A stretch of 63,827 bases of DNA, the filler included, from Choristocarpus tenellus KU-1152 (Eukaryota; Protista; Phaeophyceae), in NCBI GenBank assembly GCA_964200185.2. It is 12 parts of 12 records of this genome, joined end to end, with 100 filler letters (N's around TTAATTAATTAA, not from the genome) between each part and the next. Parts side by side here need not be neighbours in the genome. Positions count along the whole stretch, not along the records: positions 24,527 to 42,257 come from CAXNAD020000635.1; positions 42,358 to 48,126 come from CAXNAD020009797.1; positions 48,227 to 53,526 come from CAXNAD020011234.1; 9 more parts are not named here. One strand, given 5' to 3'. The translations under genes and the position numbers were made by a program. Below are positions 38,591-50,956 of this stretch, piece by piece. The notes under the pieces were generated by a model, which saw only the letters and a program-made list of their open reading frames with translations, ran no database searches and was not told where the DNA came from. Position 1 is the first letter of the stretch. Every line of letters begins with the position of its first letter.

Positions 38591-41237
38591 GATAAAAACC
38601 TTTTTATTTCTAAACCTCAACCATCTGTACTCTCTAAGGTCGAAGGTCAAAAATATTGGGGAAGGAGAAATAACGATAAAAGATGTTTATTGCTCACCTG
38701 GGAGAGATGGACCAACCTGGGAAGGCTCTCTCATGTCGCCCCCTGACCTTTATTAGCGCTTTCCTAACTAGCATTCCTATCCCCATCCCCAGGTCCTCAC
38801 ATCTGTCATGTCATTCTGTGCTCTCCCCTCACAATGGTCCACTGCCCAGATCCTCACACCTGCTATGCTCTTCTGTACTTTCCCCTCACAAAATACAGAG
38901 CACACAACAAGTGCAGCAACCCTATCTTATTCCCCCTGCATCACCACCACCTGTAACATACTCCAACCAAGCTAGTGCTGTGCAGAATAACCCACCCCCC
39001 CTGTCGAGAATCTCACACCCCCCACTTCCTTGAATAAATGGATTGAAACACCACAACAAATCAGTTTTATCCTCATAATGTACATGCCCCCTCCACTTCC
39101 ATTCTCTTGTCCCCATGAACATATCCCATTTTTCCTTCTGCCCTCTGGGAGTGCGTCCGACTCCTTCACACTGTAGGCCTCACTAGGGCCTTTGCAGTTG
39201 CACCCTCTAACTGGCATTATTTTCTTTTTGATCCATCATCTACATCTCCCAGTGATGCCCTGCTCCCCTTCTTCCTTCTCTTTATTTGTGGAGCTACGGA
39301 AAGTCAGCATAAGCAGGTTGTGCAAAAGACATAAGCCAGGATTGAGGCAACCAGAAGGTGAGGTAGGGCAGGAGGGGTGGGAAGAGGATGGAGAAATAAT
39401 ACACAATAGTAGAACTTGTGGTAATCATATCTTCCACTGAAGCTGATCTTCCATGTGAATTGGATAAATGGCGAGTACGAATATGCCCCTCAATGATTCA
39501 TTACAGTGAAAATAATCTGTTTGGCTACAAATTCTGTAGGGTTTTAGGGTTAGGATATCAAACAATTCAGGGCACTACAGACAGAATGTGCAAATAGATT
39601 GCTTCAAATAACTTGATAGCAGTTTGATAGGTTGCTTTCAAAGCAGCAGCCTTGGAACCAGAATAGAATAAACAAAAAAGTGTGCATGGTGTCACTCTCT
39701 CGGTATTCCCCACAGCCCTGCCACAGAACCTTGGCAGACAGAACTAGTCCATGCATGACTTTTTCAACTCGTACGGCACAAAGAGGGGTATGGAAGGGGA
39801 TGCTCTTGCCTTCCAAGTCAAACTTTGGATACAAAGAATCTAACTGAGACTTGTGAGCGACAGGGAGATGTGGGGGTAGGGTTAAGAGGGAACAATTACG
39901 TACCTGATGCCTTGAACTCCATACGTGTGTCACTGAATAACTTGAAATCCAGCCCCTTTGTCCCTAGTTTATTCGGTCACCAGGTTGACAACGAACCCAG
40001 ACAGTGTGGACGGGGGGAGAGGGGTATCAAATTAAACTTGATCAAACACATATATCTCCCATACTGGTCAAGGGTGTTCGTCCTCACACTGAATCCGAAG
40101 GAATACAAATAAATGAGCCATGATGGTGACTATAGATGCATATAGAAGAGTTTCATAACACAAGTGCGATCTCTATTATCAACATACTCCCACGAATGGA
40201 TATTGGTACTGGAAATAATAGACAAGACACCTGGAGGTGTCTGGTTATTCAATGCCTCAGCAACACTGTACAAATCTCCTTTCTGACAAAGAAGCCAGAT
40301 TGAATGCAAACCCTGTAATAAGAGCAAGAAGTGACCAAAGCGCTACAAGTACGATACTATCCATGTGATGCCCCAAGAAGGTATGATAGAACCTTTAAAA
40401 GGGTTTCCTGGTGACAAAGTTAGCAATGTTTAGGTAGGGCAGAGTTGTAGGCAAATAACAAAACGCTACGGTGAGTCCATTTAAACAAGTTCGGGCACCA
40501 GTACTGTCCCGAGTATTCTTTGTCTGGTAGTCTCGTAGTCTCAAGAAATCAACAGATTTGATACCTGGAGCACCGGGAGCAGGGTTCTTGAAGGCCAGGA
40601 CAGTGCCCAGTATGGACTCCGATGTCCCCTCTAACACATCATTCCCAACGGTCATCTCTGGGTTGCAAGTAGAGATACCCTGCGACAGACATGATCACCA
40701 TGTGGAGCAAGGGGATAGTGATGTCGATGTCTCGTAAGGAGGGAGCAAAAGTTTCTTACTCTAAGGAAGGATACACAGACAGATATATATATATATATAT
40801 ATGTATGCATATCTAATATCACGATTAGGACTAGGATGATATTCGCGAGGACTAAAGAATTATGCATTCTACTAGGAGGTCTCAAGGTTTTGGTGTTACC
40901 ATACTCTTTTCAAATACCTTGATGCTCACACTTGACCCTGACAGGGATTCCGCGTCCACGCTCGATGGGACCTCCACAACCACGTACAATTCCTCTTCTT
41001 CATATTCACTACCACTATTAGCGACAGCTACCCCACCCTGGACCCCCTCCGCCATCACGTCGACTAACTGACTAGACTGTAGAAGTACTTGGTTGCAAAG
41101 TAGAAAATTTTAAGATGCTGTGGGGAATATTATGTATTTATTGGAATAATGTACTTTTGTTTCCAACTAAAATGTAAAAAAAGCAACCAAGACATAAAAC
41201 GCCAAAAACCTTTTTCATTCTTATATTTGCAGGATGA

Positions 41238-41575
41238 GTTCTGTGTGATGGGGGGTGATGAGAACCACCAAAGATGAGGTTCAGAAAGGAAGTGAAAGAT
41301 AAGACTGAGGTATGCTGAGTGTATGTTGACAGCCTCAGCTTGCCATGTGAATCAATCTTCAACGTGATTTTTTGTGACCAGTCAGAACAGAAAACATCTG
41401 GTTTGAATCCACCGTTCATGTCGGGGTTACCGCGTGCCAGTCGTGCGTCTGACCCACACCACATCACTTGGCTGATTTCAATGACAAAAGGTGACGCGCG
41501 CAAATGTATATGACCGCGCGTATTATCCACATCATCAATGTCTGAGATCCCGAAAAAGGTGAACTGTCTCTGACA
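41238..41575 (+). repeat. Dispersed ~340-bp LTR-like repeat; other copies at 43354-43690 (TG...CA ends), about 46610-46898 (inverted) and partial 26090-26169
   Basis: Shared GTTCTGTGTGATG..GAGAACCACCA..CAGAACAGAAAACA..GTGACGCGCG..GAGATCC..TGACA; no TSD recognised. Confidence 0.75.
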
Positions 41576-41639
41576 CTTCTTTCTACTTCTCTTTTCGCCT
41601 CCACTCGTTCAAAATTCTATGGAACACCTACAATTGGGA

Positions 41640-42257
41640 ATGAAGGTCTTCAAACCAAACACATTAAAGGTTCTTCGTGAAAGCATCTGTCCTTCATACT
41701 GATGTGAACCACCTTGTTGAACCCAGCAGATACCGTTTCCGGAAGGAAGGCAAGTGGAATACCCACATTTTTTTGGGGTGGGGGTGTAATCCAAATTTCC
41801 CATCAGATGAATGCCACCCCGATTGTCCTCATAGATGATGAAGGAGGTTTGACGCCAAAGTCAATGAAAGAGAGGAGGCTGCAGAGATGGTGAGGGTCCT
41901 GGGCTGAAAAATGAAGGGAATGGCTCTTACTTTCAGTACTGGACACCTTGACAGTTGACTGCTTGTTGCTGGACCAGGTGATTGGACTACTGTTGGGCAT
42001 TAACATGTAGCATGGCTGGCATAAGTATAACCACGAGGGAAGGGGGAGGTGGACTGAGCAGAGCAGCATCGAAGGGAAATATGGGTAGCACCTCTAACCC
42101 TAACCCTGATCCCAAAGGTAGCACAGTACATGCCTGACCACAAAAAGGTGGGGACGGGAAGGGCAATCTGCAGGGTGGGAAGAGAGTTCCCGGGGTTCAA
42201 CTGAGGTGGTCGAGGTGTTCTTGCACTCAGACATTCCAAAGCGCTCCATGACAGTCG
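41640..42257 (-). mobile_element. Ty1/Copia RT end and RNase H remnant
   Basis: VMERFGMSECK, VRHVLCYL, PITWSSNKQSTVKVSSTES, IIYEDNRGGIHL. Confidence 0.85.
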
Positions 42258-44145
42258 NNNNNNNNNNNNNNNNNNNNNNNNNNNNNNNNNNNNNNNNNNN
42301 NTTAATTAATTAANNNNNNNNNNNNNNNNNNNNNNNNNNNNNNNNNNNNNNNNNNNNCCATTTTCGGTCAAACCCATCCTCAATAGTACGCTCCATCCTC
42401 AATTTTTAAAATCCACTGTTACATGACAACACATGCCAGTACGCCGAAAATAATGTACGTAGTACAACACTATGCATATATAATAAATACCAATCGTCAA
42501 GGTGAACAGAAAGAACAATAAAATGAAAACGGATGTAGGAATAGGCTGGACGAAGTTTCGCCCATCATCCTCCCTTGCAGAGAGATAGATGATGAACGGA
42601 ATAGGCCCAGGTATGTTGGAACTTCATTTTTCTCTTTTCCCCACAGTGCTGCTCTGTAAAGATCGTGAATGAAAAGTTTTCTTCATTCTCATTTATTTCG
42701 AGGAATCTAACGATCACTATCCCACATACTGATTCCTCCCCCAGAATAGTATGTGTCACTGAAGAAGATACATCGTAGGACATTTCTGGGGTATATTGCG
42801 GAAGGAAATTACCACTTATTCCGAATGGTGCAAAAAAATGCTGTGTGTAATATCACGGACTACTTGTATTGTAAGTATAGTATATATTTACACCAAAGCA
42901 CCTTAAAGCACTGCTTATTGTGTGACGACAAGATGTTTCTACGGGTCGAATTGAGAGTGTTTGGTATGTAATATATTTACTGATTTAATGCCTAAAATAG
43001 CTAGCTGACGGCTCCATTTTAGAACGTTTTTTTTGGGGGGGGAGGATGTCATCAGTTACTACGTCAGAGCTCTACTGACCAGACATTATAGACGGGTTCA
43101 GGCCCTGGGTGTTCCAATTATTGCCCAGACCAGTGAAAAAGACTCAAAAAGACCAACCAGCTGCAGTATGTTCGATGTACAATTAACGAGGAGGTCTGTG
43201 GGTAAAATAAATATTGTAAGATAACAAAAAATGAGCATGTTGGACACTTACTTCAAACGTTCGGACAAAACAAAACAAAATCAACCCTGTGCTATATCCA
43301 TAACAACTCTTCAATCCACAACATAAACGAAATATATGCCATATCATTAGCATTGTTAAGGGGCCTTGTTCTGTGTGATGGGGGGTGATGAGAACCACCA
43401 GAGATGACGTTCAGAAAGGAAGCAAAATATGAGAAACTGAGACATGCTGTAGATCAATCTACACTGTGATTGGTTGTAACATATCAGAACAGAAAACACA
43501 ATCTTGGGCTTTGCTGGTTTGAATCCACCGTTCATGTTGAGGTTACCGCAAGCCGGTCGTGCATCTGACCCACATCACATCACCTTGGCAGACCTCAATG
43601 GGAAAAGGTGACGCGCGTAAATGTATATTACCACGTGTATTATCCTCATTAGTGTCGGGAGATCCAAAAAAAGGCGACCTATCCCTGACATTACCCCCCC
43701 TCCAGTGTGGATTTCATCCAACACGATTATAAAGTGGCTGGTCATCACTTCATGTCGGACAGGTCCTTTTTTGGGAGAAAAAAACAAACACATCCTGGTT
43801 GAATCAACTCAGGGAAAAGAAAAAATGAAAAGGTGGAGCACTAGTGGTGATAAGCCCTAGGTCGCACTCTAGTCCAAGTGAAATCTGTGTCAACGGGTGG
43901 AAAGCACAGTGAGAAAAATGGTCTGCCTGTCTGCTATGTGCCCCTGGGGATCCGAGTGGATGAAGGTCAATATCATCACACCTTTGGCACATCAAGTCAT
44001 CTATTGGGGAGTGTTGCGGGGATAGTGTCAATAGTGATTGGAAAACCGATAGTCTCTTACTGTCACCTCTGGTACAACAACTTGCCGCCAAGGTGCTTGG
44101 ACTTTAATTATTTGTTGTAGGCGCATTTGTTTGTTTGGTGAGAAA

Positions 44146-44193
<48 letters not shown>

Positions 44194-45129
44194 CATGTTG
44201 AAATATTATTTTGAATAATATGTATACTTCTCACAGATAGGACCAACCTGTATTTGTATCTCCGGATAAGAGCTATCTTTCTACCCCACGAGTCCTGAGT
44301 CGTCTGATTGACAACCTAGAGATACCACTCGGACTGAGTCATGGTATGGTCTTAAATAATTTATCGGCGTCACTTTCCACCATCTTGGTAGTGAAAAATA
44401 AATGCCTTCCCTATCTGTGGACTCCGGTGGCAACTCACCAGGCCGGCAAGCCACTAGTATAGAGGCATTCATCACACTTTCCAGTCCACAAGGAGGAATA
44501 TCACAAGTATTAGAGGGGGCTTGGTTGCTATTAGGTGGACATCCAGTTGGCGGTATTTCAAGTTATTCGGCTGTTGTAGTGGCATGTGTCTTTCTTTTAT
44601 GAAAAGTCACTTGGTCGGTGGTTCTCACAGTCGGGAGGTCCATCCTGTTCTCTTCCCTATAGGCCGCTATCATCTCTGCACATTCAGGTATTTCAGCAGG
44701 TTTGCGCCATGCATCACTGGCCGGTAAATATCCTTGAAGGTGAAGCCGGTATAAATATTGTGAATGGTCTTTTTCCCTACACCTTGCTTATGGTCAACAA
44801 TGACCTCAACATTGTAAGACTCAATAGTTGACTGTGTCTTTGTCCCCTGATCAAGATTTGGCTTGGGTAATTCCCAGCCTTAAAAGAGTCAATTAAGGGC
44901 ATCTATGTCAGGTTTGTGGCTGTTCCTTCCTTACAGAGTTTAGGTCTGGCCACATGAACCCTTACTTCGCGTTGCTCTTCCAAGCATTTTACGCGATAAA
45001 CAATGTGTTACACATGCCTTCACATCATAAGGTCCTCTCTATGAGAACAATAACTCGGGGTTCAGCGCATCAGCTGAACTATGTGGTTTGTGAAGCCACA
45101 CTTTATCTCTGGGTTTATAGAGTGGAAGT

Positions 45130-45545
45130 TTATGGTTCACAATCAGAATCGTTTCTTAGTGCCATCTCACCAATATTGCACCGGGCTAATTTGTAACCTA
45201 GGTGTAAATTTCCCACTGTTCTCGTACTGTATTCTTGTGCGGTTATGTGGGTGGCCTCAAGGACCCCCAAAAATAAGATCAATTGGTAAACCTGGGTGCC
45301 TTCTAAACATGAGTAAAAATGGGGTTTCCTGAACAGTGGTATTATAGGCTGAATTGTATGTACAAAGTGCAATAATGAGGCCCAGTCAGGTTGGTCCATA
45401 TTTGAATACATGGCCAGCATACCATGCATAGTGGAATCAATTCGTTCACAAATGCTATTGCCTTGAGGTCGATATGCCGTCTTGGTTTTATGATATCCAT
45501 ACACTCTACGCAGCTCAGCCAGGAGTTTATTCTCCCACATTTATT
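45130..45545 (-). mobile_element. Ty3/Gypsy integrase core remnant
   Basis: ENKLLAEL..YG..KTKTAYRPQGNSICER..STMHGML..DWASLL, then ETPFLLMFRR in a shifted frame. Confidence 0.88.
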
Positions 45546-46915
45546 TGCCACTGGTGACGTTCACATCAACATCGATGACAAAAATGTCCAGAGAATTCCT
45601 GGACCCCTTAGCTTGTTGATGGTCATAATGATGAAATGCCAACCATGGGATCCGAGATTCATCCCAGGTTCATTTATAATTCAATAGTTTTGACGCCTTT
45701 TTGCGTATAGTGAATCAGCCATTTTGAATTTGTGGACACTCCCCACTTCTGATTAGTCCATATCGTTACTACTATTTTATTAGTATGCCAATCATTGCAT
45801 ACGTGTCAACAGAAAAACCAATGAAAAGTCAAAGAAATGTCAGAACAACCCCAAAAAAAGTAACAGTTGTCATCTTTGAACACAATTCAAACTAAGTCCC
45901 AACACACGTCGCTAACCCTAAAAACTACCAAACTTGAGTGCCAAGTTTTGCATAGAACATGGTCAGAAGAAGAATTTCTCCCACAAAATAAATGAGTACA
46001 CGCGTACGGACGGAAATCATGTGGTGAACGTACCTGGAGAAGAAGTGCATTAACTTGCGTCTGATATTCTTCACTTCACACAAAAATAATGAATCGGTTT
46101 GGCAACATGCCACAAAGCAGATAATAGATAGAAATGGTAGGTGGTTCCCTGCATAGATAGGGTGTTGGTCAAACGTAGTGACTGCGATTGACTATACTAT
46201 CCCTGCGTTTCCGTGCTGGGGGTACCTGCCAACCTAACAAAGGACTATCCAACACTTGGAATGTGCACCTACACACAGACAGCTTGTACACGAGTACGAG
46301 GACTACACATAGAAATAGTATTAGTTTAAGCCCGTTTCACATCTTGCACTACTTACTTGTTGCGACCGACTGACATTTTGTACTTTTTGTGACCAGGACA
46401 AGAAGTAAATTGTAACCCAGAACTCCAACGATGGAGGAATAGTAATCTAAGATTTTTTTTTTTTCGCACCTTAAACAACGTTCGGATTGTATTTTCATTC
46501 CACAAAATTATGTAACTCCTGTTCACATTTCGGTGGATACATACACTAATAATGACGTGATATATATTGTGAAGGAGACGTAGCCTTTTTAGGATTTTAT
46601 GAGAGTGATGAGCATAGTACGGGGGGTTATATGCATTTGCATACGTCACCCTGTCCCATTGATTGAGGTCAGGTCAAGTAATGTGGTGTGAGTCAGACTC
46701 ACGACCGTTCGTGGTACCCCGACATGAACGGTGGGTTCAAACCAGCAAAACCCAAGATTGTGTTTTCTGTTCTGACTGGTCACGACCAATCACAGTGAAG
46801 ATCGATACATAGCATGTCCCAGTCTCATCTTTCACTTCCTTTCTGAACCTCATCTCTGGTGGTTCTCATCACCCCGCATCACACAGAACCAGGCACTCAC
46901 GCCGATCTGTGTTGG

Positions 46916-46925
46916 GGGGTCACCA
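46916..46925 (-). other. Possible tRNA-Trp primer-binding site (TGGTGACCCC) next to a putative LTR at about 46930-47300
   Basis: Follows ...CTACA-TCTC on the minus strand; only 10 nt match. Confidence 0.3.
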
Positions 46926-48646
46926 GAGATGTAGGGCTACGCCATAATGGCGGGCAACAAGGAAGTGGAACCAACTTAAAAGGTTTTTGACCTTGGTCAG
47001 AAAAACAAGATGGACTCGAGAAATGAAGCACCATCATGGAAGCGTAGGCCGAGAAGAAGGATAATTCAATATCCCAAAACGTGCAGATCTTGAGCCCCGT
47101 CAAAAGGGCTAATACACCCTTGGTGGTTCGCTTGAACACAATGGCTGTGTACAATACCTGGGTGGCGGCTTCAACGTAAACCAGATCAGAGCCTCTATCA
47201 GGCGTCGCCCGAAGATGACGAGTACAAGGACGGCCAGAAGTTCGATATCCATGACAACTTCCTTCATTCAACTCCGAGTTGTTGCATATGTTTAACACAG
47301 TTTTAGAGTTGGGGAGAGTGTGGAGGCCAGCCTCACTGGTCTGACCCTGTCAAGGATAAACCAAGGAGATAAGATGAGTATATTGTCCCACCCTACCTCG
47401 ACTACATCTTATGGGGCTATGTACTTGATCCCTTGATCATGATACATCTTTCTCACAAAGACTTATCCCAATGAGTTCTGGAGCACAAGATTTGTCTTAT
47501 TCCCCTGTTGCCAAATTTCAAGAATGGGTTAGACCTTTCCCTCACTGGTATCTACAACAACCATAAAGAACATTCGATTGGTCGACTTTTATTGGGGATC
47601 AAAGCGCGTGCTGCCCTCAGAAATCTCTATCATTCCACCCATGAACCCCTGCAGGATAACATAGAACCGCAGGAGGAGAGAGAGTGAGAAATGAGAGCAT
47701 TTAGGGATACCGTGCTGATTCCATTTCCTCAGAATATGGATAAGACAAAAATGTGGTATGATATCTAGGTCTTGTTGCTAGGTCGGGAAACACTGAAGAA
47801 GCTGTAAAACCTAGTACAAAACTCCACAATAGTTCAAGGACAGCAAGGCAAGAATTGCCACAAGCAGGACATGTAGCAACAATTACATCTGCTCTTTCTT
47901 GCTCCTCCCAACCTCTTTTGGCTGTGAGTGAAGGGGTTTTTTTCCACCTCAAAAGTGTTGTACCACGTTTTCATACTGCTGGCACACATCAGGCATCCAA
48001 CATTGTTCTTGTGCAAATTACCTTGGGAAGTAATGCTATTTGTTAGTAGTGAAGATAAGAAGGTGTGAAGCCTCACATGACCCCCTTTGCTGAACGTGAT
48101 TACATGGTTGAAATTGGAAGAGTGACNNNNNNNNNNNNNNNNNNNNNNNNNNNNNNNNNNNNNNNNNNNNTTAATTAATTAANNNNNNNNNNNNNNNNNN
48201 NNNNNNNNNNNNNNNNNNNNNNNNNNAATCTCGCCAGGTTTATCACCTTTATGTTCTTTGATGATTTTGGGGATACTTTAACAGTTCAGACAGTAAGGAC
48301 TATTGATTTTAGCGTTTTAACTGTACATGTTGCTATATAACTGGATGTCCTATCTACTTGCAATAACACCTCTTCCTTGTGGCTAGGTAGTTAAGAAAAT
48401 AGATTCCAACATGAACATCTCGGGCTCAATCCTAGGAAGTAATTTCGTGAGATCTCCCTTCATACAAACACGAATTTACAGCATATTGGGTTTTGCTCTT
48501 ACACACACATAATTGTGCCCAGAGGTGCGAGGAGCAGGAGTTTTCCTCAAGCATGTTTTAAATACTTGCAGTTGACTTTAATGCGCCAGGAAAGGACCAA
48601 AACGGGTTCTACAGACCAGGAAAGAATAAAACAGGGGGTTCCATAC

Positions 48647-48905
48647 GAGCCAAAGTCTCTTAGAGGGTATAGCTGAGTCCACTTGGGGGCCAAAATTCAA
48701 TGTTGCGATTTCCATGTAATTTTGGCCATCGTGTTTGTTAGGAAGTGTCAATATCCTTGTTCCGGACACACCTTTTCATAACATACATATTTTACCTACT
48801 CCGACACATCTTGGAGTAGGAAAATGCCATAAAAGAACCTGTAAGAAGCCAAACTCCAAGCAGACAAACAGGGCAAGACTTGTACCCTCCAAGATATTTT
48901 CACTC
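48647..48905 (+). mobile_element. MITE-B, 4-bp TSD ATAC
   Basis: ATAC|GAGCCAAAGTCTCTTAGAGGG...AAGATATTTTCACTC|ATAC. Confidence 0.9.
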
Positions 48906-50896
48906 ATACCTTGGGAGGCGTTTAAAAGTATGGTGTGTCAAAGTTGCTCTTACTTTATGCAACGCTTCTTATATCTAACATAGGAGTTACGAATTTAACA
49001 TCCCTTAGGTTCAATCCCCATCGTCACTAGAATGTTCTTCATGGAATTCTGGTTTCGGCTATCCAAGTCCACATGGCAGGCAAAAAACAACTCTGCACAT
49101 GTAGGAAGGGGCTTCAAGGACTGGAAATACTTGACCCATCATACTATTTCGACCTCTGCGTGCAGAAGGAGGAAGTGGGGTGCTGAGGTGCCTACTCTAC
49201 GAGAACATGCCCCGACTACTCAAGTGAAACTGAATTAGTTTAGTCATTCGTTGCGATCAATCCCCTTCAGTGACTACAGGCTCATCAAATTTTATTTCGT
49301 TCCATTTTACGAGAAACCAACCTGCTACATGGACATGGAACACGAGGGGTTGTTATTGATGCCACAGGCTGCTCCACACTCGCCCGTCATCCTCGTCGAG
49401 GAGAATGACTTCGTCGGCAACTAATTTGTCTCATTCTAAAGGAGACCGATGTGCACGAAGGTGGATAAGGAACAACTTTCGTTGTCACTACAGGCTATCT
49501 CGGGCTCACCCATCTTCACCTTCGAGGATAATGACCTCGTTGAGGTTGACTCCGTCCATTTTTTTGGGAGACCTACGTGCATCAACATAAACTACAATGA
49601 AGCTTTGTCCGAGTTGGTGGCCTTTGCGGAAATTCTCGACCAAAACTCCTGGAACTCATCTGCTCAGAAACCAACCAAACTCTCAATAGAGTCCTTACTT
49701 GCGACATCTCGACTGCATGGTAATTGAGCGACCTTATACCTGTAGTATCCGACATGCAAATACTCAGGAGTTGGCAGCACTGTCTTCTACAAGCGCAGGA
49801 AACCCTCCGTTGGGCATGGGACACTGTGATCGACGGTGCAACTTAGTCCTGTGTAAGGGTTTCCCTCAAGACATTGCATGTTCTCATGGTAGTCGCGGGA
49901 TTTCTCTTGAAGAGAATGGGCGCATCCAAGAAGAAGCAACCAGGCGATGTCATCCACGAAGAAGTGAGTCCCTACTAATAGAATATATTTGTCAAGTCCA
50001 CTCCAACAACTTCACCTTCATATTATAGTGTATGAACCAAGACAAAAGAGTATGTCGTAATAATACTCGTCACACCTAAGTAATACGAGTGTTTCAATAA
50101 TGCCTGCATAATAAGTTACGGAAAAGTAATAGTTGTACGAACAGATTAGAATCATCCTCCTCACAAATTCAGTAGTATACTTCAATAATACAAAACTGCA
50201 GTACTACTGAGTATATTCCACCACTAAATATTGGTACTACTTTGGTAATGACTATAAGAAAATGGTGTTCAGCAAACCACACCACATCACGAATTGAAAC
50301 ATGCGAATCGCGGATTTTCTCTGCGTAGCGTGGTTCGTGCGACAAGGAACAGAGGGAAAATTGCTATTAAGTGTTCGGTTTCGATGAGTCATCAACTTCA
50401 ACAATTCACAACACTAAACACTATTGGTACTACTGTTACTATTGACAATGGTGAAAGGTATATCTGGACTGCTAAAAACACGTTACCACAAAACGCCCGT
50501 GTGCATGCCCTGAACGTAAAATGCATCGCATTCTTTATCCCCCTCTCAATGCAACCACAATGTAGAACAAGATCGGAGACCACAACCAACCCTATGCCCT
50601 CTATTTTCTCCTATGGCAGACAGCAGAATGATGGTACTATATATACACCCACCAAAGCCCATAGTGCACCGAAATGTTTCCAACTGGGGGAGGAGCTGAA
50701 AAATTGACTCACTCACTCAGTCAGATCGGCATGTCTTGCATGCATATGTCCTAGGGAGGTTGGAACGACTCGTACATGCATCTCTACTTAAAAATAGGGT
50801 ATATGTGTAGAAGAGAAAGCACTGTTCCGTACCCCTTTCCCTCTCCCTCACCACAATTTTCCTGTACCCCTTCCAGTTGTCGACCAAAGTCGTTGT

Positions 50897-50956
50897 TGAA
50901 ACACTAGCAAACCCCTGACTATCTGCTCGGTAGCTCAGGGGTTTGCTAGTGTTTCA
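50897..50956. other. Perfect 22-bp inverted repeat (hairpin)
   Basis: TGAAACACTAGCAAACCCCTGA-16 nt-TCAGGGGTTTGCTAGTGTTTCA. Confidence 0.9.

Noticed and set aside
38385-38756. Intact host PDH E2 gene
   Set aside because: Frameshift at ETDKA, no start, splice context or catalytic domain, and fused to an nrdA fragment.
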